In this document: piece by piece, positions 8,773-18,194 of the stretch
Layout of the letters: each line of letters starts with the position of its first letter
Numbering within the stretch: the stretch's first letter is position 1
Program-made: the position numbers and the translations under genes
NCBI GenBank assembly: GCA_018829335.1
Contig: JAHJUD010000009.1
Span: 1-59,972 of the forward strand
DNA length: 59,972 nt
Direction of reading: 5' to 3'
From: Candidatus Micrarchaeota archaeon
Lineage (GTDB): Archaea > Iainarchaeota > Iainarchaeia > Iainarchaeales > 1-14-0-10-31-34
The notes under the pieces: model-generated
The model's database searches: none
What the model saw: the letters and a program-made list of their open reading frames with translations, nothing else
What the model was told of the DNA's origin: nothing

Positions 8773-9932
8773 AAATACTTATTACTTCAATGTTTTACAA
8801 AAAAAGTTATGGTCAGGGCTTGTGTGCAGAAAAATTAGCTGAATTCCTTGCGAGAAAAAGGCACAAGGTTACTGTATTCCATGGAGAAAAAAATTCATTT
8901 AAAGGAAAAAAAAACCTTAAAATTGAAAGAATTAAATCAAGCAGAATAAAAGGCCTTGATTTTTTTTCTTTTGCCTTAAACCTTAAGCAAAGGCTAATTA
9001 AAGAAAAAGAATTTGATGTATTTTACCCTCAAGACTATACTTTTGGTTTAGTTGATTTCAGCAGGCTTAATTTTCCTGTAATTTATCATGCAAGAGGCAC
9101 AGTAAAAGGAAATGCAGAAAACAGGCCTAAAACAAGAATTAAAACAGAATTAATGCGGAAAATTGCAATTCCTTTAATGGCAGAAATGGACAAAAAATGC
9201 TGTGAAAAAGCAAAAACAATTATTGCAGCCTCAAAAACAATAAAAAAAGAAATAAAAAATTATTATAAAATTCCGGACAAAAAAATAAGGATTGTATCAG
9301 ACGGGGTTGACTTAAAAAAATTCAGCAAAAATACTGAAACCAAAAGAAAAGCAGAAAAATTAAAGAAAAAGCTCAGATTGCAAAACAAGAAGATTATTTT
9401 GTTTGCAGGAAGGCTTGTTCCCCAAAAAGGAATAATTTATCTTGTCAAAGCAATGCCTAAAGTGATTAAAGAAATTCCCCAAGCATTTCTTTTAATTGCA
9501 GGCGAAAACACGCAGGAAAATCACAAAAAAGTGATTGAAGAAGAAATCGCAGTACAAGGCATTCAAAAACATGTTAAGTTTCAGGGCTATGTTGAACAAA
9601 AAAAAATGCCTGAAGTGATTCAGTTAAGTGATTTGATTGCAAGCCCGTCAACTTATGAGCCAATAGGAATAATAAACATTGAAGCAATAGCTTTAGGCAA
9701 ACCAATTGTTTATTCAAAAAACATCGGTTCAGTGGAGGTATTGAAGAATTCAGGAATTGCAGTTAATCCGAGAAAGCCGCAAAAAATTTCAGCTGCAATA
9801 ACAAAAATTCTTTCATCAAAAAAGCTTTACAAAAAGTTTTCAAATACAGGAAGAAAAAATGCTGCAAAAGTTGAATGGAATAAAATAGGCAGCCAAATAG
9901 AAAAAATTTTAATGAAATCAAAGGAGAATTAA
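8769..9932 (+). CDS. Glycosyltransferase, GT4
   Basis: 387 aa. GRLVPQKG and SPSTYEPIGIINIEAIALGKPIV motifs. ATGA overlap; aaaggag Shine-Dalgarno-like motif upstream. Confidence 0.85.
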   Translation: MKILITSMFYKKSYGQGLCAEKLAEFLARKRHKVTVFHGEKNSFKGKKNLKIERIKSSRIKGLDFFSFALNLKQRLIKEKEFDVFYPQDYTFGLVDFSRLNFPVIYHARGTVKGNAENRPKTRIKTELMRKIAIPLMAEMDKKCCEKAKTIIAASKTIKKEIKNYYKIPDKKIRIVSDGVDLKKFSKNTETKRKAEKLKKKLRLQNKKIILFAGRLVPQKGIIYLVKAMPKVIKEIPQAFLLIAGENTQENHKKVIEEEIAVQGIQKHVKFQGYVEQKKMPEVIQLSDLIASPSTYEPIGIINIEAIALGKPIVYSKNIGSVEVLKNSGIAVNPRKPQKISAAITKILSSKKLYKKFSNTGRKNAAKVEWNKIGSQIEKILMKSKEN

Positions 9933-10895
9933 ATGAATTCAAGCATTATTATCCCAACTTTTAATTCTGAATCAACAATAGAAAAAACAATTAATTCAAT
10001 ATTAAAGCAAAGCATTAAGCCTTATGAAATAATTGTGTCAGACGGCGGGTCAACAGATAAAACAATAAAAATCGCTGAAAAACTATCGGAAAAAAACAAG
10101 GAAATCAAATTAATCAAAAAAAAAGGATTCGGAATCAGCGCAAGCAGAAATATTGGGGCAAAACAGGCTTTAGGGGAAATAATTGTTTTTCTTGATTCTG
10201 ATGTTATAGCAGAAGAAAAATGGCTGGAAAAGCTTTTGGTCTGCATGGAAAAAGAAAAGCCTTTTTGCTGTTGCGGAAAATACTCTGTTGAATTAAACAA
10301 AAGTTTTGCTTCAGACTTTTTTTCTTTTGTAGTTAGCAGCTCTTCTTTTCAAGGCTATAACATTGCTTTAAGGAAAAAAGACTTTCTTGAATCAAAAGGC
10401 TTTGACGAGAAAATGAAATATTGTGAGGACCCTGAGTTTTTTTTAAGGGCTTTTCTTTCAGGGAAAAAGTTTGCTGTAACAGGAGCAGAAACATTTCATG
10501 AAAGTTATTCAGTAAAAGACAGAATTAAATCAAATTTCAATTACGCTTTCTTTGATGCAGTTTTATTCAAAAAAAACATTTCCTTTTTTTTAAATCCGTT
10601 TAACCTCGTTAAAAGCCCAAAAAACATTAAGCTTATTTTTGGGTTTTACTGGATATTGTTTTTTTCTTTTATTTTTTCAGTTGTTGTATTAACAATAACC
10701 AAAAATATTTTTTCTCTTGTTTTTATTTCAGTTCCTGCATTAGCTGGCTGCATTAAAATTATTTTGAATAAGAACAAAACAAAATACAAAAACAATTTTC
10801 TGGTTTTATTAATATATTCTTTTTTTGCATTGTTTTTGTTTGGTTTAATCAAAGGAGCAGGTTTTCTTAATGGATTAATTCAAGGTAAACATTAA
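9933..10895 (+). CDS. GT2 glycosyltransferase with C-terminal TM segments
   Basis: SIIIPTFNSESTI, VSDGGSTDKT, FLDSDV and EDPEFFLR motifs. aaaggag precedes the ATG. Confidence 0.85.
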   Translation: MNSSIIIPTFNSESTIEKTINSILKQSIKPYEIIVSDGGSTDKTIKIAEKLSEKNKEIKLIKKKGFGISASRNIGAKQALGEIIVFLDSDVIAEEKWLEKLLVCMEKEKPFCCCGKYSVELNKSFASDFFSFVVSSSSFQGYNIALRKKDFLESKGFDEKMKYCEDPEFFLRAFLSGKKFAVTGAETFHESYSVKDRIKSNFNYAFFDAVLFKKNISFFLNPFNLVKSPKNIKLIFGFYWILFFSFIFSVVVLTITKNIFSLVFISVPALAGCIKIILNKNKTKYKNNFLVLLIYSFFALFLFGLIKGAGFLNGLIQGKH

Positions 10896-11946
10896 TATGA
10901 GCATCAGAAACTGCCTGAAGAGAATACTTTTGCCTGACCAGATTAAGCCCATTACGCCCCATTTTCTGTCTTAAAGAATTATTCTGCAGCAATTCTAATG
11001 CAACAGTCAGTTCAGTGCTTTTCTTTGGAGAAACAAGAAAACCATTGAATCCATCTATTATAACTTCTTTTATTCCTTCAATTGAAGTTCCAATTACAGG
11101 TTTTGTGCAGGCCATTGCTTCAATCAAAACCAGACCAAATGCTTCAGAAGAAATTGAAGGCAAAACAAGAACATCGCATGCATTCATTGCCTCAACAACT
11201 TCTTTTTCTTTTAGTTCCCCCAAAAAAAGTGTTTTGTCAGCAACACTTAATTTTTGGGCAAGAGAAAAATAATATTTGTATGTTGTGTCAAAAAAAGCAG
11301 GATTTTCTTTTCCTGCAACCAAAAGTTTTCTGTCCTGATTTTTTATTCCCCTGAAAGCATCAAGAAGATAAGGAATGCCTTTATTTGATGCAAGCCTTCC
11401 CAAAAAAAGGACAACAAAAGTTTTTTTGTTTATTTTGTGCTTTTCCCTGAACTCTTGTTTATTTTGCAATGGCATGAATTTTTTTATGTCAACTGAATCA
11501 GGGATTACCTCAATTTTTTTAAAGCCTAAATTCTCAAGAATTTTTTTTTCCCTTGAAGTCAATGCAATAATTCTGTCAAAACTCATTAATTTATGAAAGA
11601 AAAAATTAAGTTTTTCTCTGAATAATGAAGGATTATAATCAAAATGAGGGGTCATAACAACAGGAATGCCTGCTAGCCTGCACCCAAGCCAAGGAAAAAA
11701 GTTTATTATCCTGAATCCATGAAAATGAACCACTTCAGGATCTTTTTTAACAATTCTGAAAGCAGTCTTAATTCCTAAAGAAAAATTTTTTGAATTAAAT
11801 TCAAAAAGATTCTTGGACAAGTCGTTCTGATTGAAAACAAAAACTTCATGCCCTTTTGCAGAAAAACTATTGCGGAAATTCTCAATGACTTTTTCTATTC
11901 CCCCAACATTTTCAGGGTATTGTTTTGTTATAAATACAATTCTCAT
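10867..11946 (-). CDS. Glycosyltransferase, GT4
   Basis: GGIEKV, GRLASNKG, and VLPSISSEAFGLVLIEAMACTKPVIGT..GFNGFLV. Confidence 0.85.
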   Translation of the reverse strand: MRIVFITKQYPENVGGIEKVIENFRNSFSAKGHEVFVFNQNDLSKNLFEFNSKNFSLGIKTAFRIVKKDPEVVHFHGFRIINFFPWLGCRLAGIPVVMTPHFDYNPSLFREKLNFFFHKLMSFDRIIALTSREKKILENLGFKKIEVIPDSVDIKKFMPLQNKQEFREKHKINKKTFVVLFLGRLASNKGIPYLLDAFRGIKNQDRKLLVAGKENPAFFDTTYKYYFSLAQKLSVADKTLFLGELKEKEVVEAMNACDVLVLPSISSEAFGLVLIEAMACTKPVIGTSIEGIKEVIIDGFNGFLVSPKKSTELTVALELLQNNSLRQKMGRNGLNLVRQKYSLQAVSDAHINVYLELIH

Positions 11947-13148
11947 TTCAGCACTTTCCTGTAGATTTTAATTGTCTCTTCTGAAATCTTATTCCAGTTA
12001 AGCTTTTTTTGCACTTTAATAAACGCGTTTTCTGAAATTTTTTCTGATAAATTTTTATTATCCAAAACTAATTTAATTTTTTCACTTAATTCAACTGAAT
12101 TCCCCGCATCAAAAAGCAAGCCATCTTTTTTGTCTTCAATCAAGTCAGTAAAACCTCCTGTTTTTGAAGCAATAACAGGTTTTCTTGAAGCCATTGCTTC
12201 TGTAACAATTGTAGAACATGGTTCAGGCCACAAAGAAGGAATAACAATCAAATCAGAAAAAGGAATAAACTTTTCCCTTATTTTCTTGTTTGAAACCAGA
12301 GAGTAAAGAAACACAGTATTCAAATTGTTTTTGTTTTTGTATTCATTGAATTCTGCAAGGTATTTTTTATCTGCATAACTGTAAACAAAAATAAACAATT
12401 CATTAATGTTTTTTGCTGCTTCAAGTAAAACTTTTGCTCCTTTTTCTTCAATCATTGACCCAATAAAAAGAATTTTTTTTCTATTTGAATTAAAAGGAAA
12501 CTCTTTTAGGGCTTTATTGTCAGGGAAAAAACCTTGATTTGAAGCAACATTTGGAATGACACTGATTTCTTTTTTTCTTGATAAAACAATAGAATTTTTT
12601 ACTTCAGAACTTACTGCAATAATCTGATTTGAATTTTCTGCAGCCCACACAAGAATTTTTCTTTTTATTTTCATTATTGTTTTGCCTGAATTCATGCATT
12701 CAGCGCACCTGTTTAATTCAAAATCATTGCAAATCTTTTTTTTGTAATATCTTCTTCCTTTAACACAGTTAATCCAGTTTCCATGTATAGTCAACACAAT
12801 TGGAATTCTAAAAACCTTCAGCGGAATAACTGAAAGCAAAGAAAAAGGGCAGTGAACATGAATCAAATCATATTTTTTTTCTGAATGAAGTTTGATTGCA
12901 TTAAAAAAAAAAGGGATTATAAGGTTTCTTCCTTTAAATGAAAGCTCTTCCTGCTTGTTTATTCCTGCATTAATCCTAAAGACATTAACTGAACCAATCT
13001 TTTCAGCTGAATCTGTTTTACCGATTTTTGCTGTCAAGACATCAACTTGGTTTCCTTTTTTTTGAAGTTCTTTTGAGAGATTAAGCACATGCTGTTCAAT
13101 GCCCCCAAGAGAAGGAAAAAAAACAGGTGAAACCATTAAAATTTTCAT
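11943..13148 (-). CDS. Glycosyltransferase, GT4, with Cys4 insertion
   Basis: GGIEQH and IPSLWPEPCSTIVTEAMASRKPVIAS..KKDGLL. Carries an extra CVKG..C..CAEC segment at aa 128-151. Confidence 0.8.
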   Translation of the reverse strand: MKILMVSPVFFPSLGGIEQHVLNLSKELQKKGNQVDVLTAKIGKTDSAEKIGSVNVFRINAGINKQEELSFKGRNLIIPFFFNAIKLHSEKKYDLIHVHCPFSLLSVIPLKVFRIPIVLTIHGNWINCVKGRRYYKKKICNDFELNRCAECMNSGKTIMKIKRKILVWAAENSNQIIAVSSEVKNSIVLSRKKEISVIPNVASNQGFFPDNKALKEFPFNSNRKKILFIGSMIEEKGAKVLLEAAKNINELFIFVYSYADKKYLAEFNEYKNKNNLNTVFLYSLVSNKKIREKFIPFSDLIVIPSLWPEPCSTIVTEAMASRKPVIASKTGGFTDLIEDKKDGLLFDAGNSVELSEKIKLVLDNKNLSEKISENAFIKVQKKLNWNKISEETIKIYRKVLK

Positions 13149-13149
13149 T

Positions 13150-13833
13150 TCATTTCCTCGCCTTTATTATAATGCTTAAAGAAAGCGTAGGAAAAAAATC
13201 TGCTAGAATGCTTTCAGTTTTGTAAAGCAAAGAAAACTCTATTTTGTCGCTTAACCTTAATAATTCAGAAAAACGCTTTTCTATCCTGAATCCTTTTTCT
13301 TTTAATTGTTTTTCAAGAAGCGAAAAAGTGTATGCCCTGATATGGCCTCCGCTTTTAAAGTAATCAAGATTAAACGGTTTTTTTCCAAATAACAGAAGCA
13401 AGCGGTTTGGCAGTGCAGCAGTATTTGGAGTTGAAATTACCAGAAAACCATTTGGTTTTAATATTCTGTAAAGCTCTGAAACAAAAAAGTCAGTGTCAAA
13501 AATATGTTCTATTACTTCTCCTGCAAAAATCGCATCAAAGGATTTATTGCTGAAAGGAAAAGGTTTTTCAAAATCAAATCTAGTGCATTTAATTCCTTTT
13601 TTTTCTGCTTCATTTAATGCAGAAGAAATGTCTGCACCAAAAACATCCCATCCTTTTTTTTTCAGTTCCAAAGAAAACTCTCCTTTAAGGCAGCCAACAT
13701 CAAGAATTTTACCTCTTTTTTCCTTGTTTATTTCAACAAAAATTTTTTTGAGCCTTTCACTGCCGTTTAAGTCAACAGGCAAATCAGAATATCTTTCGCC
13801 CTGAAAACTGGCAATAGAATCATTTTTTTTCAT
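13150..13833 (-). CDS. Class I SAM-dependent methyltransferase
   Basis: Motif I ILDVGCLKGEF, followed by FDAIFAGEVIEH and LKPNGFLVIS. Confidence 0.8.
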   Translation of the reverse strand: MKKNDSIASFQGERYSDLPVDLNGSERLKKIFVEINKEKRGKILDVGCLKGEFSLELKKKGWDVFGADISSALNEAEKKGIKCTRFDFEKPFPFSNKSFDAIFAGEVIEHIFDTDFFVSELYRILKPNGFLVISTPNTAALPNRLLLLFGKKPFNLDYFKSGGHIRAYTFSLLEKQLKEKGFRIEKRFSELLRLSDKIEFSLLYKTESILADFFPTLSLSIIIKARK

Positions 13834-14935
13834 TTAAAAACTCCCTAAAAAATAAAAGATATGTTTTTGCAATATCTTTCCATAAAAATTCTCTTTTAAT
13901 CTTTTTAAATCCATTTAATCCCATTTCTTCACTTCTTTCAGGGTTATCCAGAATAAAATTTACTTCTTTAACAAATCCATTCAGATTAGATGGGTTTACT
14001 CTTATCCCAATAGAAGAGTCAACTAATTCTTTTAAGCCGCCTACACCAGAAACAATTACAGGTTTTCTGCAGGCCATTGCTTCTAAAGTTGAAACAGAAA
14101 CAGGCTCAAAAAGCGAGGGAAGAACATAAACAGAACAGGCATTAAGCAAAGCAATTTTTTCTTTTTCTCCAACCCACCCCAAAAATTTTACTTTAGCTGA
14201 AAGGTTTTTTTGGTTTATGAATTCTTTTAGTTTTTCTTCTAAAGGGCCTTTTCCTGCAACAATAAAAACACAGTCTTTTCTGTTTATTTTTTTTGCTATT
14301 TCAAGAAACAATAAAGGGTTTTTTTGCAGTTCAATTCTTGCAAGAAACAAAACTATTTTTTTCGGGAATTTTTCTTTTATTTTTTTTACTTGATTTTCAT
14401 CTGAACTGAATTTTTCTGGGTAAATTCCGTTATGGATTACAGTGCATTTTGTTTTAGTGTGTTTTTCTGCTTTAGCTTTCTCTTCTTTGTTCAGAAAAAC
14501 TATTCCATCAGCTTTATTCATTGAAAGTTTCTGAAAAAAAGAGTCAATCATTACTGCAAGCTTAAATTGTTTTCCAATAAAAGGAGTGAATTTTGCTCTT
14601 TCAGAAAAATTGTCATGAATTACTGCAACTTTAGGAATTTTCCATTTATTCAGGAAAAAAAGGGTTTCTGCCATAGTGGAAAGCACTAAATCAAATTTTT
14701 TTGGGTTAACAGTTTTTGAAACAGCCCTGCTGAAAAAAAAACGATTAACAAAGCCAAAAGGATAATCAATTAACTTGAATTGATTTATTTTAATGCATTT
14801 AAAATCAGAGAATTTGCCTGAAAGATTTGCAACAGTAATTTCATTCCCCTGGTTTCTTAATTCCTGAATTAATTCATAATATGCAGGCGAAACTATTTCA
14901 TCAAAATTTTCCCTTATCAAATAAAGTATTTTCAT
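13820..14935 (-). CDS. Glycosyltransferase, GT4
   Basis: ARIELQKN, and VLPSLFEPVSVSTLEAMACRKPVIVSGVGGLKELV. Confidence 0.85.
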   Translation of the reverse strand: MKILYLIRENFDEIVSPAYYELIQELRNQGNEITVANLSGKFSDFKCIKINQFKLIDYPFGFVNRFFFSRAVSKTVNPKKFDLVLSTMAETLFFLNKWKIPKVAVIHDNFSERAKFTPFIGKQFKLAVMIDSFFQKLSMNKADGIVFLNKEEKAKAEKHTKTKCTVIHNGIYPEKFSSDENQVKKIKEKFPKKIVLFLARIELQKNPLLFLEIAKKINRKDCVFIVAGKGPLEEKLKEFINQKNLSAKVKFLGWVGEKEKIALLNACSVYVLPSLFEPVSVSTLEAMACRKPVIVSGVGGLKELVDSSIGIRVNPSNLNGFVKEVNFILDNPERSEEMGLNGFKKIKREFLWKDIAKTYLLFFREFLNEKK

Positions 14936-14944
14936 TTAACACAA

Positions 14945-15841
14945 CTACTTTTTTTGAATTGAATAAATAACCTTTTTTAGTCCTTCTTCAAGCGAAGTAT
15001 TGCAGGTAAAGCCGGTTAATTTCTTTAATTCAGCTGAATTAAAAGCAATTCTTTCTGTTTCCAGTTCATCCAACCCTGAAGGAAATTTATCGCGGATTAG
15101 TTCTGACTTTGAATGAGTAAGTTTTTTTATCAGCTTTGCCAAGTCAAGCACGCTTGTATTTTTTCCTGTACCTACTTCAACTGCCTTTGAAAAAGTTTTT
15201 TCAGAGAAAGCTGCAAGAATTGTTGCTTTTGCTGCATCACCTGCATAAGTAAAATCTCTTTGCTGTTTTCCTGAACCAAAAAGTACTATAGGCCTTCCTT
15301 CAATTGCATCCCTTACAAAAAACGGCACAACCATTTCCTTGTTTTGGCCTTCGCCGTAAACATTATAATATCTTATAATGGAATAACCTATTTCGTTTTC
15401 TTTATGGAATTCTTCAATAAAGTATTCTCCCATTTGTTTTGCTGCAGGATAAGAAAAAAAAGCATTTGAATGAACTTTAGAAAAAGAAAAATTTTGTTTA
15501 AATTTATCGCTTAAAATAGCGCTTGAAGGATAAATCACTTTTTTTGTATTGTATTCCAAAGCATAATTCAGCACATTATAAAGCCCTGTTAATTCAGTGT
15601 GAATTAATTTTATGGGATTTCTTGAACTGTAAATTCCCCCGCCAATATAAGCAAAATGAAAAACATAATCAAATTTGCCGACTGAATCAATCCAAGAATT
15701 ATCTGTAACATCAAAAACAAGAGAATCAAAATTCCTGTTTTCTGTCAAATCAAGAATCATTACTTTATTTTCTTTTGAAAGCTCTGAAGCAATCCTTGAA
15801 CCAATCAAGCCATTGCCTCCTGTAACAAGAATTTTATTCAT
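14945..15841 (-). CDS. NAD-dependent sugar epimerase/dehydratase (SDR family)
   Basis: Rossmann motif ILVTGGNGLIGSRI and catalytic YxxxK (YPAAKQMGE). 298 aa. Confidence 0.85.
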   Translation of the reverse strand: MNKILVTGGNGLIGSRIASELSKENKVMILDLTENRNFDSLVFDVTDNSWIDSVGKFDYVFHFAYIGGGIYSSRNPIKLIHTELTGLYNVLNYALEYNTKKVIYPSSAILSDKFKQNFSFSKVHSNAFFSYPAAKQMGEYFIEEFHKENEIGYSIIRYYNVYGEGQNKEMVVPFFVRDAIEGRPIVLFGSGKQQRDFTYAGDAAKATILAAFSEKTFSKAVEVGTGKNTSVLDLAKLIKKLTHSKSELIRDKFPSGLDELETERIAFNSAELKKLTGFTCNTSLEEGLKKVIYSIQKK

Positions 15842-15905
15842 TAAATTAATTATTCTAAAAAGTCAATAAAAGCTTTTCTTGCTTGGGAAACAGAAGTTTT
15901 CCAGG

Positions 15906-17027
15906 TTATTTGTTTTCTTTCATCCAGTTTTCCAGTTTTAAAACATTTTTATCCAAATCAAGGTTTTCAACTGCAATTTTTCTTGCAGTTAAAGAAAGAT
16001 TTTTTAGTTCAATCTTATTTAATCTTGTTTTTTTCTCAAAATTTATTCCTGCTTTTCCGGCCTGAAGCAATGGCCCATTTATTTCAGGAACCAATACAGG
16101 CAGACCAGAAGAAAGATACTCTGAAATTTTAACCATAAAGCTTGCGTCAGCTAAACTTGAATTAAATTTTTTCAGGTAAACTCCTGCATCAAAAAAAGGA
16201 ATTAACCCAAAAAGGCTTTTATTAGAAAAACCATGCAAAAAAATTATTTTTTCTTCAAGGTTTCTCTGCTTTATTTGTTTCCTGAAATCATCTGGCGCAT
16301 TTGGGGAAATTACATAAAGAATGCATTTGTTTTCTTCAAGTAAACCAAAAAAAGGAATAAAATCTTTCAGGTCACAGGAAGAGCTTAAATAAAGCAGATT
16401 GATTTTTTTTGCTGAAAGATTCAAAGAAAATTTTCCTTTTTTTCCTGAATATTTTTTTGAATCAACAGGGGCAGGAAAAAAAGTTTTAGGTTTTTTTATT
16501 CCAAAAGAAGAAAGAATCTCGTTTTGTAAAGGGCTTAAAGAAATAATGCCATTTGACTCTTTCATTAAGCTGATTTGGGTTTCTTTAGAGCAATCCATCA
16601 AAAAAGAAACAAAATCGTTTTTTTCTGTTATTCCTTCAACAAAAACAAAAAAAGGGATTTTTCTTTTCTTTAATTCAAAAACAATCCTTGAATAAAAGCT
16701 TATTCTGAACAAAGGCCTTAATTCCGCCCAGAAACCTGAAGCAGAAGCAACAGGAAGCTTTAGTATTACTGCGTCAAACGATTCTTTTTCAAGCAATGAA
16801 ATAAATTTCCTGAAAGAAAAAAAAGAAGTTAAAGGAAAAGTAAATGCTTTAGTGTAAAACCAGAAATTTCCGGGAGGAAAAATCTTTGCTTTATCCGAGT
16901 TCCCATGACAGACCCCATAAACCTGATTTTCTCTTTCTGCAAGGCCTTGCATCATTCTTTTAAGCAAAATGGAATCTCCTTTGAATAAATCAATGTTTAC
17001 TCTGTCAGCAAAAAAAAGGATTTTCAT
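15906..17027 (-). CDS. Divergent GT-B-fold glycosyltransferase-like protein
   Basis: 373 aa. The N-terminus MKILFFADR and C-terminal EYLSSGLPVLVPEINGPLL resemble GT-B enzymes, but the canonical E-x7-E is not clear. 4-nt overlap with the upstream GT4. Confidence 0.5.
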   Translation of the reverse strand: MKILFFADRVNIDLFKGDSILLKRMMQGLAERENQVYGVCHGNSDKAKIFPPGNFWFYTKAFTFPLTSFFSFRKFISLLEKESFDAVILKLPVASASGFWAELRPLFRISFYSRIVFELKKRKIPFFVFVEGITEKNDFVSFLMDCSKETQISLMKESNGIISLSPLQNEILSSFGIKKPKTFFPAPVDSKKYSGKKGKFSLNLSAKKINLLYLSSSCDLKDFIPFFGLLEENKCILYVISPNAPDDFRKQIKQRNLEEKIIFLHGFSNKSLFGLIPFFDAGVYLKKFNSSLADASFMVKISEYLSSGLPVLVPEINGPLLQAGKAGINFEKKTRLNKIELKNLSLTARKIAVENLDLDKNVLKLENWMKENK

Positions 17028-18133
17028 TTTTTCACCAAAATCTTTTTGAGAAACTGCTCAAAAGAGTTTAACGAATTAACAAAAGAAAACTTTTCTTCAA
17101 TTTTTTTTCTTGCTTTAAAGCCAAAAGAAATTCTTTTCTTTTCGTCTTGAGTTAGCTCTAAAAGCTTTTTTTCAAATAAATCAAAATCATTTAGTTTTAC
17201 CAGAAAGCCGTTTATGTTGTCCTCTATTATTTCTGTTGTTCCTCCAATTGAAAAAGCCACGCAAGGAGTAAAACAAGCCATTGCTTCAGCCAAAACCATT
17301 CCAAAAGATTCCTGAGAAGAAGGCAGAACAAGGATTGAAGCAGAAGAAAATGCTTTGATTAATTCTTTTCTTGAAATTCCTGACCTAAAAGACACTTTTT
17401 TTTTGGAAGAATCCACTAAACTCTTTATTTTCTTTAAGTAGTTTTTTTCTTCAGTTGAATCTGGTTCAGGAAAAATTATTTCAAAAATCCATTTCTCAAA
17501 ACCACTTTTTTTTGTTAAATTCAAAACAAAATCTATTCCTTTATGTTTTACAAGCCTTGCAACAAACAAAATCTTTTTTTGCTTTTTTTCCGGCGAAAAC
17601 GGAAATTCATCTAACACAACAAAATCAGGCAGCTGAAGAATTTTTTTTTCAGGAATTTTTGTCTGTTCAATCACTGATTGTATAATAGAATTGCCTGCAA
17701 TAAGCGTGTAATCTGAATGTTTTACGCTGAATCTCGCAAGAAAATCATAAAAAAAATTGTTTGGTTTAATCCAAGGGTTATGGTTGAATTCATGGTAAAT
17801 TAAAGGAGTTCTCTTGATTTTTGAAAGAATCAGGCCTGCGAAAATCATTGAACAGCCTGAAACATAAACTGCATCAGTTTTTTTGAAAAGGCTTTTGAAT
17901 AAAACAAAAAAAGAAAAAAATAAGGCATTGGTTTTTTTTGCAGGAAACCTTTCAATATTCAATAAAGGAACTGAACTGAATTTTATTTTTGGGTCAACAG
18001 AAAAATAAGTGACTTCAAATTCTTTCTGTGAAAGGCCTTTTGCCAGATTAAATGAAAGGTATTCTATTGCACCGCCTTTGTCTGTTGGAACGCCAAGAAA
18101 CTGTGTTCCAATCATGCAAATCCTGTAAGCCAT
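17024..18133 (-). CDS. Glycosyltransferase, GT4
   Basis: ARLVKHKG, and VLPSSQESFGMVLAEAMACFTPCVAFSIGGTTEII..NINGFLV. Confidence 0.85.
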   Translation of the reverse strand: MAYRICMIGTQFLGVPTDKGGAIEYLSFNLAKGLSQKEFEVTYFSVDPKIKFSSVPLLNIERFPAKKTNALFFSFFVLFKSLFKKTDAVYVSGCSMIFAGLILSKIKRTPLIYHEFNHNPWIKPNNFFYDFLARFSVKHSDYTLIAGNSIIQSVIEQTKIPEKKILQLPDFVVLDEFPFSPEKKQKKILFVARLVKHKGIDFVLNLTKKSGFEKWIFEIIFPEPDSTEEKNYLKKIKSLVDSSKKKVSFRSGISRKELIKAFSSASILVLPSSQESFGMVLAEAMACFTPCVAFSIGGTTEIIEDNINGFLVKLNDFDLFEKKLLELTQDEKKRISFGFKARKKIEEKFSFVNSLNSFEQFLKKILVKK

Positions 18134-18194
18134 AAAGAATTAAATGCATTCAACTTAATTTAGTTTTGCGTCAAAAACAATCAGACAATTCATT

